A stretch of DNA of 64,000 nt from an uncultured delta proteobacterium. Lineage in GTDB: Bacteria; Myxococcota_A; Polyangia; Polyangiales; Houyiibacteriaceae. Location of the stretch: contig CAWBXS010000005.1 in NCBI GenBank assembly GCA_963792825.1, positions 559,056-623,055 of the forward strand, given 5' to 3'. This document shows, piece by piece, positions 54,902 to 62,785 of this stretch. The position numbers and the translations under genes were made by a program. Position 1 is the stretch's first letter, and each line of letters opens with the position of its first letter. A model generated the notes under the pieces. That model was not told the origin of the DNA. It ran no database searches and saw nothing but the letters and a program-made list of their open reading frames with translations.

Positions 54902-55744
54902 ATGTCAGGTCGCCTATCGGTCGTCGCGACGCCCATCGGATGCCTCGAGGACATCACGCTCCGGGCGATACGCGTTCTCCGCGAAGCGGACCTCATTCTG
55001 GCGGAGGACACGCGTCACACACGAACCCTGTGTGCGAAGTACGACATCGGCACGGCACTGCGTTCCTTTCACGCACACACGAAGGACGATAAGCTCGAGG
55101 TCATCGTCTCGGAGCTCGCAAACGGGGCTCACTACGCATTGGTCAGCGACGCTGGGACGCCGCTCGTGAGCGACCCGGGGGGTTACCTGATCTCCCGTGC
55201 TGCGGAAGCCGGTGTCGACGTCGAGGCTGTTCCCGGTCCAAGCGCCGTCTTGGCTGCACTCTGCGTTGCCGGCCTACCGGTTCGACGATTCGCGTTCGAG
55301 GGGTTCCTGCCTCGAGGTGGCGACGCTCGCGCACAAGCGCTCAATCGGCTGGCCCAATCGGATGTCACGGTCGTGCTCTTCGAGTCGCCGTATCGAGCCC
55401 ATGCCACACTGGATGATTTGGAGAACATCATCGGGAACGACAGGCGAATCGCGCTCTGTCGAGAGCTGACCAAGATGCACGAGCAAACGATTCGCGGTAC
55501 GGTCGCCGAAGTCAGAGCAGCGTTGTCCGATCCAGCCCGCGGCGAGATCACGATCGTGATCGAGGGCAAAGATAGCGACGCACCAATCGAAGACGTCGAC
55601 CTCGAGACGCGCGTAGCCGAGTGGAAGAAGGACGGGCTCACGACGAAGGAGATGACGCGAAAGCTACAGCACGAGTACGGTTGGAAACGCAATGCTGCGT
55701 ATCAGGCAATCCTCGGTACGCTAGACCCAGAAGGCGTCGACTGA
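54902..55744 (+). CDS. rsmI: 16S rRNA (cytidine1402-2'-O)-methyltransferase
   Basis: GRLSVVATPIGCLEDITLRAIRVLREADLILAEDTRHT, a tetrapyrrole-methylase fold typical of RsmI. Confidence 0.9.
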   Translation: MSGRLSVVATPIGCLEDITLRAIRVLREADLILAEDTRHTRTLCAKYDIGTALRSFHAHTKDDKLEVIVSELANGAHYALVSDAGTPLVSDPGGYLISRAAEAGVDVEAVPGPSAVLAALCVAGLPVRRFAFEGFLPRGGDARAQALNRLAQSDVTVVLFESPYRAHATLDDLENIIGNDRRIALCRELTKMHEQTIRGTVAEVRAALSDPARGEITIVIEGKDSDAPIEDVDLETRVAEWKKDGLTTKEMTRKLQHEYGWKRNAAYQAILGTLDPEGVD

Positions 55745-56709
55745 ACCGAAGTCGGCAGCGTGATGCAAACGCGAAGACTGCCTGCGGTCCCTGCTTCGGT
55801 CCAAATCCGGCCGCCTTGTGCTTCGATTACGCTCCTCGCTACCGCGACCTCCAAGCCGAGTGCATCCGAGCGGGACAGCGGCTTTTCCAGACGTTCGACG
55901 ACAGCAAGTGTATCGGCCGACGAGTCCTTCAGGGTTGCCATCAAGTCGAACTGCACGAAGCCCCTCCCCACCTGGTCGCGGCGGGGTGGAGCAACCCGCA
56001 TGACGATATCAGTCCCCGAGGAGCGCATGACCAGCACGGCGAGGCTCACGAGGGAATGCACGGTGAGGTGACGGTCGGCGAAGACGCGTGGAAGCCCCTC
56101 GGATGCCTCGCCGACCACCGACGTGTCCTCGACGCGTGAACGGATGAATCCGATCGCCTCGGAGATCAACTCCTTGGGCGCAACCCACTGCTGTTGAAGC
56201 CGAAGCGTCCCGGCTTCGAGCTTCGCCCTGTCGACCACGGTCGAGACGAGACGCAGCAATCGTTCTGCACTTGCACGGATCGTGCGCACGCTTCGTTCCT
56301 GCTCGACGTTGAGCTCACCGTCCACGGAGCCGAGGAGCATGTCAGAAAAACCGGTTATCGAATTGAGCGGATTGCGAAGCTCGTGTCCCAACGCGCCGAG
56401 AAAGCGCGCTCTCTGGCGCTGCGGCACCAGGGTATTCGCTGCATGAGCCTCGCCGGAATCGTGACTCGAGTCGGCCGGCTCGGGCTCGGGCTTGGTCTCC
56501 CGCTTAGGCGCAAGCGCGGTTTCTGCGAGCAGCGCGTCCAAGGATCGCAATACTTCGAGTCCCATGAGCAGGCCCGTAGCCGTGAGCACGAGCGCGCCCC
56601 GGACCTGATCGTCGTTCGCTAAGAGCATCCATACTGCGGCAAAGTAAATTGGGACTGCGAGCGCAATCCCTCGAAGCTTGCGAGCCACAGAGCCGCGATC
56701 GGCGCTCAT
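55702..56709 (-). CDS. Membrane histidine kinase-like protein with degenerate catalytic domain
   Basis: Two TMs and a HisKA H-box (LGALGHELRNPLNSITGFSDML). The CA region lacks an obvious N-box Asn and DxGxG (G1). The ATG at 56709 forms an ATGA overlap with the upstream kinase gene. Confidence 0.75.
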   Translation of the reverse strand: MSADRGSVARKLRGIALAVPIYFAAVWMLLANDDQVRGALVLTATGLLMGLEVLRSLDALLAETALAPKRETKPEPEPADSSHDSGEAHAANTLVPQRQRARFLGALGHELRNPLNSITGFSDMLLGSVDGELNVEQERSVRTIRASAERLLRLVSTVVDRAKLEAGTLRLQQQWVAPKELISEAIGFIRSRVEDTSVVGEASEGLPRVFADRHLTVHSLVSLAVLVMRSSGTDIVMRVAPPRRDQVGRGFVQFDLMATLKDSSADTLAVVERLEKPLSRSDALGLEVAVARSVIEAQGGRIWTEAGTAGSLRVCITLPTSVQSTPSGSSVPRIA

Positions 56710-57689
56710 CTCGCACCCTGCAGCGGAAGACGAATCAGGAACCGAGAGGGCGCGTCTCCCAGGTACAGCGATCCCTCGTGACAGCGGATGATCTCGGACG
56801 CCACGGCGACTGGCCATCGTCGGATCGCAATGGGGTCCTCGGACGCGAAGGTTTCGTCGAGGGTTGGCAAGGCGTCGATGGCTGGACTGTTGGACCCGTG
56901 GGCCGCGATCTCGATCGCCAAATGATCGTGGGAAATGCTCAGGCCGAGAGCGATGTTGGCGTCGCGGTGGTTGCTCGCCAGAAAATCTGCGAGGATGAGA
57001 ATCGACCGCCGTAGTCGGGCTTCGTCCACTGCCATCACGCACGGTCCTTCGGGCAGCGTGCTTTGGGCAACTCTCTTGTTCGACCAGAGCTGCACAGCCT
57101 CGAGCTCGACCCTCGAGACGAGCTCTCGCAGGTCCGTGTATTCGGCGTCGACACGGAGCCCACCGGCGCCGATCTGCGAGAGGTCGAGGGCGCTGTCTAG
57201 CAGGATTCGGAGACGTATACCCGAGCCCCGAATGATCTCGAGGTCCTCCCGCTGCGAGTCGTTCACCTTGCCGTCAATGCCGCTCAGAAGCACGTCGGAG
57301 AACCCCAGTACGGCATTCAGCGGTGTGCGGAGCTCGTGGCGAAGCGCGGTCAGGTAGTCGACGTCCTGTGGCTCCGCTCGTTGCTCGGCGCTTCCCACTG
57401 CATCGGCAGAGCCCTCGCCGGTCGCAGTCTTCGACCCGAGAGCGAGGGACTCTCGACCCCCCTCCCCCCCGGCTGACGCGCGGAACGCCCAACGAACCCC
57501 CCACGCGACCGTGCTCATGCCGATGACGGTGGCAAGCGCGAACCAGCCCCAAGACCCCGTGCCGCGAACGCCCGCCGAGAAAAAGAGCCCCAGGCCCGTC
57601 ATCATGCCGAGGAGCGCCGCATACGCGACGAATCGGATCGCCACGACACGGCGAACGTTCAGCCCATGCACCTCCGGCATCCCCCTCAC
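56706..57689 (-). CDS. Membrane histidine kinase-like protein with degenerate catalytic domain
   Basis: Two TMs and a HisKA H-box (LTALRHELRTPLNAVLGFSDVL). The expected G1/G2 positions read AAHGSN / RRWPVAVA. It starts 3 nt after the GH15 stop. Confidence 0.75.
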   Translation of the reverse strand: MRGMPEVHGLNVRRVVAIRFVAYAALLGMMTGLGLFFSAGVRGTGSWGWFALATVIGMSTVAWGVRWAFRASAGGEGGRESLALGSKTATGEGSADAVGSAEQRAEPQDVDYLTALRHELRTPLNAVLGFSDVLLSGIDGKVNDSQREDLEIIRGSGIRLRILLDSALDLSQIGAGGLRVDAEYTDLRELVSRVELEAVQLWSNKRVAQSTLPEGPCVMAVDEARLRRSILILADFLASNHRDANIALGLSISHDHLAIEIAAHGSNSPAIDALPTLDETFASEDPIAIRRWPVAVASEIIRCHEGSLYLGDAPSRFLIRLPLQGAR

Positions 57690-57692
57690 ACG

Positions 57693-59588
57693 CTAACGCC
57701 CGATCTCGACTTCCGGGATGCGGGGCGAGCCTTCATCCCGCAGACGCAATGCCAGGTCGATCCTGGCCGCAGCGTTGATCAACCCCAAGTGACTGAACGC
57801 TTGCGGAAAGTTGCCGAGCAGCGCGCTCGTCGACGGGTCGATCTGCTCGGATAGAAGACCCAGGTGATTCGAGGCCTCGGCATGCGCGACGAAAACCCGT
57901 TGCGCCGCATCGATCTGCCCGGCCATTGCGAGAACCTCCGCGAGCCAGAATCCGCATAGAACGAAAGCACCCTCTTCGCCACCGACTCCATCGTCGGACC
58001 TGTACCGGTAGACGTACGACCCCACGCCCAACTCGGTTCTGATCCAATCCAAGGTTCGTAAGAAGCGCTCATCATTGGGTGGCAAGAATCCATGAATCGG
58101 GATCAGAAGGAGCGATGCATCGGGATGCTCGTGGTCGTAAGCCGCAACGAATCGCTTGCCGGTACGATCGAGCCCACGTACGCAAAGCTCGGCGTGGAGC
58201 TCATCTGCCACGCTCTGCCACCGGGTCTGCAACGGTTGATCGCCGAAGAGGGGCGCGAGCTCTGCCCCGCGTCGAAGCGCGAGCCAGCTCATGAGCTTCG
58301 AGTGTACGTTGTGCCTCTTGCCCGCGCGCGGCTCCCAGATCCCGTGGTCTGGCTCGGGCCACATGACCGCAACGTTGTCGACGACCTCTCGAAGCCGCCG
58401 CCACCCACGCGCCGTCAGGGAGCCGCCTCCCCGCTCGTACACGTAGGCCGCATCCATCAGAGCCCCCGCCGTGTCGAGCTGGAGCTGGTCACGCGCGCCG
58501 TTACCGATACGAACGGGTCGCGAGCCTCGATACCCGGTGAAATGGTCCAGGGTCCGTTCGTCAGGGACGCGCCCCCCGTCGACTGCGTACATGATGTGGA
58601 GCTCGCGATCGCGTTCGAGCGTATCCCTCACGAAGTGGAAGAACTCCCGGGCCTCGCGATTGCAGCCGAGTAGGTTCGCGGCCCGCACGGCCATCGCCGT
58701 GTCTCGGGTCCAGGTGTAGCGGTAGTCCCAGTTTCGCGCGCCGCCGATCCACTCTGGGAGCGACGTCGTCGGCGCAGCCACCATCGCCCCCGTCGGCGAA
58801 TACATCAACAACTTCAGGAGCAGCGCGGACCGAATCACATGATGGCGCCAGGGACCATCGTATCGAAGCTGCTGCGCCCAGTCACGCCATCGGTGCCGGG
58901 TATTTCGCAGGGCGTCGAAGGGGCGATACGCCAGGACCGACTCTGATTCGGAGGCGTCCCAGCTGATGACGACCCATCCTCGCTCGCCGGTCTTCAATCG
59001 GAACACCGCCTGCACACCGCCTTCGGGACGGATCTCCCAGGTTCCGACTCCGCCGAGCACCGCGACCAAGCGTTGGCCAGAAGCACCCGCAGCCAGCGCC
59101 GAGCGCCCATCGATGGTGACCTTCGTGCTCACACGGCCGTAGTCGAAACGCGGATCAAACACGACCTTGACGACCGCTTCCCCTTCGACGCACTGCACTC
59201 GCCGGTGAACCTCGTGCACCGCCGAGCGCGGGTCGTCGGTCCAAGGCATGTAGTCGGTGAGTCGAATCGTTCCCCGCCCGTCGACCTGAAACAACGTTTC
59301 GAGCACGTTGGTATCCGGGTCGTATCGCTGTAGGCTTTCGAATGGGTAGTCGACGGGGCTCACCGACGTCGAGCCTCCGTTCACTTCGTCGAGTAGCGCG
59401 CCGAAGACACTCGGGCTGTCGAAACGCGGCAAACAGAGCCAATCGATCGCGCCATCGACCCGCACCAACGCAGCGGAGAAGCCGTCTCCGATCAGTCCAT
59501 GGTCGGCAACCGAGAGGCTCTGCCTCGACACCGCATCGGTGAAGAAAAACGGCCTGTTGAGCCGCTTGGCCGCGCTGTACAAGTCCAT
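57693..59588 (-). CDS. Glycoside hydrolase family 15 protein (glucoamylase/trehalase-like)
   Basis: N-terminal beta-sandwich with the HGLIGDGFSAALV motif and a C-terminal (alpha/alpha)6 catalytic region (WDYRYTWTRD, FPQAFSHLGLINAA). Start set at MDLYS (59588). Confidence 0.88.
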   Translation of the reverse strand: MDLYSAAKRLNRPFFFTDAVSRQSLSVADHGLIGDGFSAALVRVDGAIDWLCLPRFDSPSVFGALLDEVNGGSTSVSPVDYPFESLQRYDPDTNVLETLFQVDGRGTIRLTDYMPWTDDPRSAVHEVHRRVQCVEGEAVVKVVFDPRFDYGRVSTKVTIDGRSALAAGASGQRLVAVLGGVGTWEIRPEGGVQAVFRLKTGERGWVVISWDASESESVLAYRPFDALRNTRHRWRDWAQQLRYDGPWRHHVIRSALLLKLLMYSPTGAMVAAPTTSLPEWIGGARNWDYRYTWTRDTAMAVRAANLLGCNREAREFFHFVRDTLERDRELHIMYAVDGGRVPDERTLDHFTGYRGSRPVRIGNGARDQLQLDTAGALMDAAYVYERGGGSLTARGWRRLREVVDNVAVMWPEPDHGIWEPRAGKRHNVHSKLMSWLALRRGAELAPLFGDQPLQTRWQSVADELHAELCVRGLDRTGKRFVAAYDHEHPDASLLLIPIHGFLPPNDERFLRTLDWIRTELGVGSYVYRYRSDDGVGGEEGAFVLCGFWLAEVLAMAGQIDAAQRVFVAHAEASNHLGLLSEQIDPSTSALLGNFPQAFSHLGLINAAARIDLALRLRDEGSPRIPEVEIGR

Positions 59589-59644
59589 CCGCCCTGGAGA
59601 ATAGCAGATCGTGCGCTTCGGAACGCACATGCTAGAGGCACGCC

Positions 59645-60565
59645 GTGCAGCAGCGCGACACACAGTGGGGTCTGCCACTCATTTTGATCGCATCGACTTT
59701 CCTCTCGACCTTCTACGTTGGCGCCGGAATGGTCCTCGGACACTCGCCCGCCTCATTGCAGGAGCTGGGAGCCGGGTGGGTGTTCTCTGTGCCCCTCATG
59801 GGGATTCTCCTCGCTCACGAGTTTGGCCATTTCTTCGCGGGCAGGTTCCATCGAGTCGACGTATCGCCCCCCTATTTCATCCCAGTGCCGTTCTTCCTTC
59901 TCGGCACGATGGGGGCCGTGATTCAAATCCGTGAGCGGATTCGTTCGCGCAACGCGTTGCTCGACATCGGAGCGGCAGGTCCGCTGGCCGGCATGGCCGT
60001 GGCCGTCCCCGTGATGGTCTATGGCATGCTCACGTCGCCGATCGGACCTCTGCCCGATGCGGCCTATATGCTCGAAGGCCGTTCCCTGCTGTACCTGGCG
60101 CTCCTAGGCGGGCTGAAGGGACCCATCCCCGCAGGGTACGACATCATGCTCACCCCGACGGCGCTGGCCGGCTGGGCTGGACTGCTCGTCACGATGATCA
60201 ATCTCCTTCCATTCGGCCAGCTCGACGGCGGTCACATCGCCTATGCGCTCCTCGGTCCGCGTCAGAATCGACTGTCCCGTCATGTCCTGCGGCTGCTCCC
60301 CTGGCTCGCAATCTTAGTAGGCGCGGCCTACGGGATTCCGAGCTACCTCGACGGGGTTCGCGGCGACACGCTCTACTACGATGCGTCTGCGGGCATGCAG
60401 TGGCTGGTTTGGGCTTTCGTGTTGTGGGTGCTCACCCGGGCTACCGGACCGAACCATCCGCCGACCGAAGATTCGGATCTCTCATCCGGGCGCCGCATCG
60501 TAGGCTGGTTAACCCTTTCCCTGTTCGTCCTGCTCTTCATGCCGTCATGGATCCGCATGCAGTAG
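59645..60565 (+). CDS. M50-family (site-2 protease-like) membrane metalloprotease
   Basis: HEFGH zinc motif in a TM segment and a second motif, NLLPFGQLDGGH. GTG start. Confidence 0.85.
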   Translation: MQQRDTQWGLPLILIASTFLSTFYVGAGMVLGHSPASLQELGAGWVFSVPLMGILLAHEFGHFFAGRFHRVDVSPPYFIPVPFFLLGTMGAVIQIRERIRSRNALLDIGAAGPLAGMAVAVPVMVYGMLTSPIGPLPDAAYMLEGRSLLYLALLGGLKGPIPAGYDIMLTPTALAGWAGLLVTMINLLPFGQLDGGHIAYALLGPRQNRLSRHVLRLLPWLAILVGAAYGIPSYLDGVRGDTLYYDASAGMQWLVWAFVLWVLTRATGPNHPPTEDSDLSSGRRIVGWLTLSLFVLLFMPSWIRMQ

Positions 60566-60596
60566 GAAATTTCACCGAAGGCACGGAATTTCCTAC
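60562..60596. other. AT-rich perfect 10-bp inverted repeat spanning the M50 stop codon
   Basis: gtaggaaatt (60562-60571) pairs with aatttcctac (60587-60596) around a 15-nt loop. No U-tract follows. Confidence 0.4.
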
Positions 60597-60605
60597 GTTC
60601 AGCTC

Positions 60606-62216
60606 ATGTGCCTTCGTCGCAGCTCAGGCATCCTCGTTTTCTTCGTCATCGCCCTCGCCGGCTCACCCTCGCCCGCGAGAGCCTGGACTCGAGCCCTGGT
60701 GGAAGGCGCGCGGGCCACGGTGGACGTCGAGGCTGACGCCACGCTAGCCGTTTCGCTTCGACTCGACATCGACGTGCAGGCGGGATGGCTGCACGAGATC
60801 GAGCTCGCGGGACTCGGGGCAGGTGTCGAGCTCGATCGCCGAAGGCCTCCTTACTTTCGCTCGGAGGAAGGAGAGATCTTCCGCCCGGAGGCCGAAGTCC
60901 GCGAGGACGGTCTCGTTCACCTGTCGTTCCCAAGGCGAGAGGCGCCGCGGCGGGGGGCATACCGCGTCTTCATGCGGTATCGCGTGAAGGCCGACGTTCG
61001 CTCGGTCGAGGCGAAAGGTGCGCCACGGGCGCGCGTCGTTTGGTCGATGCCCGCATGGGAGACGGGTCTCCACAACGCGTCGGTCGAGATGCGAGCACCG
61101 AGGGGATCCTCGGTTCCAACCTCGATGCACGACGCGCCGCCAGGGGTCGAATTCAGGGTCGTAGAGCATCCGGAGCGCACGGTCGTCGAGTGGCACCGAA
61201 TCCACGTTCCGCGCCTGACTCCATGGCAGCTCTCGCTCGACGTCCCCGCCGATGCCATCGCGCTGCCGAGCACCGACGAGGCCGAACACGACCGGACGGG
61301 GTTTCGACCGCTTACCAGCCCGACGGAGCGCTCCGTCGCATGGCCCCTGCTCATCTTCGCAGCGCTCGCTCTCCTCAAGCGCCGGTCGCTCGAAATCACG
61401 GCCGGGCGAAGCTCGCTCCTGGCCCGCGCTCCGTGGGTCGCCGTTCTGGCCGTCACTGCCCTGTCCCTCTCGCTTGGTCAGTGGCTGGCGCCCCACACTT
61501 TGTTCTCCGCACTCCCCTTGATCGCGATGTCGTTGCATCGGCCGGCCAGGCACGAGGTTTTCGCCTACCCGCAAGGCTGGAGCCCCGTCCCTGAATCAGC
61601 CCTCCGAGCCAAGGGAATGCGCACGAGTGACTTCCTCGATGCAACGAGTGTCCCCGGGCTGGTCGTCCTGGCCGCATCCAGTGTTTCCCTGATCGCGCTC
61701 GGGGAACCAGCGTCAGCGCTTCTTCTGCTCCCGATCTTCTTGACGGGAACGAAGCATCATGGCTTTGCGACCTCGAACCAATCAGCTGCTGTGCTCCACC
61801 GTTTCGCACGAGCGCTTCGTCTTCCGCACGACGCTCCCCAGATGTCGTTCAACTGGGAGAGATCTCACGAGGAAAGACCTCGCCTCCGGATCCACTTCCC
61901 GGTCCACCGCGCAGGGCTGGTGACGCTGAGCTTCGTCGTCACCTCGAGCGCGCTCGGATTTGTCCGCCACCGCAAAGTCATGCTCTTCGTCGAAACACGT
62001 GCTCAGTCAGACGCCGATGATCTCGTTCGGCGCCGTACGAACAAGGAGACCGTTCTTCGCGCCTCGGATGGCACCATGGGAAGACTGACCGACTGGAATG
62101 CCGAAGCCATCGCGCTGCTTCGGGCGCTCGCCCAAGAGGCTCCCAAGCCCGTCAAGGCCTCGCGTGGCACCTGGCTCCTGCGTGAGATCTCCGAGCCCCG
62201 CTGCCAAGCGGCGTAG
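60606..62216 (+). CDS. Hypothetical membrane protein (signal peptide, extracytoplasmic beta-rich domain, ~5 TMs, cytoplasmic C-terminal domain)
   Basis: 536-aa ORF with coding-like composition. The topology was read from hydrophobic segments. I recognise no family. Confidence 0.6.
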   Translation: MCLRRSSGILVFFVIALAGSPSPARAWTRALVEGARATVDVEADATLAVSLRLDIDVQAGWLHEIELAGLGAGVELDRRRPPYFRSEEGEIFRPEAEVREDGLVHLSFPRREAPRRGAYRVFMRYRVKADVRSVEAKGAPRARVVWSMPAWETGLHNASVEMRAPRGSSVPTSMHDAPPGVEFRVVEHPERTVVEWHRIHVPRLTPWQLSLDVPADAIALPSTDEAEHDRTGFRPLTSPTERSVAWPLLIFAALALLKRRSLEITAGRSSLLARAPWVAVLAVTALSLSLGQWLAPHTLFSALPLIAMSLHRPARHEVFAYPQGWSPVPESALRAKGMRTSDFLDATSVPGLVVLAASSVSLIALGEPASALLLLPIFLTGTKHHGFATSNQSAAVLHRFARALRLPHDAPQMSFNWERSHEERPRLRIHFPVHRAGLVTLSFVVTSSALGFVRHRKVMLFVETRAQSDADDLVRRRTNKETVLRASDGTMGRLTDWNAEAIALLRALAQEAPKPVKASRGTWLLREISEPRCQAA

Positions 62217-62220
62217 GCCG

Positions 62221-62784
62221 CTATTTCCCGAGGCGAGACGAGAGCGGCGCCAGAATCCGGTCGACTTGCTTGAGCTCGCGAGCGACGTCCTCCTCGTCGA
62301 AGTCGATCTCGTCGATCAGCGCTTCGTGCACCGCATCGTATAACCAGGTGCTCGATTCGGCGTTCTCGATGCAGGCGGCGGCTTGGTGCCCTTGATGGCT
62401 CAACGTCGGGAACTTCTCGACGATCTTTTCGAGCGTGATGATCCGATCATCCAGGTACGCCCGCATGGCTTCAATCTCATCGGACAGAGGTTCCAACATC
62501 TCGGGAGATGATTCGGCGTGCTTCTGAAACGCAACGGGAGATCGCTTGCGAATGTCATTCAACACGAGCCTGAGCAGCAGGACATCACCCAGATAGCGAA
62601 GCACCCCACGAACCCCTGGGATGGCGACGCTCGAAGAGACGACGTGCAGCAGAGCCCCTGCCCCGATGACTCGGCTCTCGTCGTCGATCTCGGGATCCTC
62701 GACGATCCGCAGGACGGACTTCAGATCCTGACTGAAGCGAGTCAGTGCAGGGGTCATCAACTCGACGAAGCGCTCGCGCGACAT
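62221..62784 (-). CDS. Hypothetical cytoplasmic protein
   Basis: 187-aa ORF with balanced composition and an acidic C-terminal half. It is immediately downstream of the OmpA-like gene (1-nt gap). I recognise no family. Confidence 0.55.
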   Translation of the reverse strand: MSRERFVELMTPALTRFSQDLKSVLRIVEDPEIDDESRVIGAGALLHVVSSSVAIPGVRGVLRYLGDVLLLRLVLNDIRKRSPVAFQKHAESSPEMLEPLSDEIEAMRAYLDDRIITLEKIVEKFPTLSHQGHQAAACIENAESSTWLYDAVHEALIDEIDFDEEDVARELKQVDRILAPLSSRLGK

Positions 62785-62785
62785 A

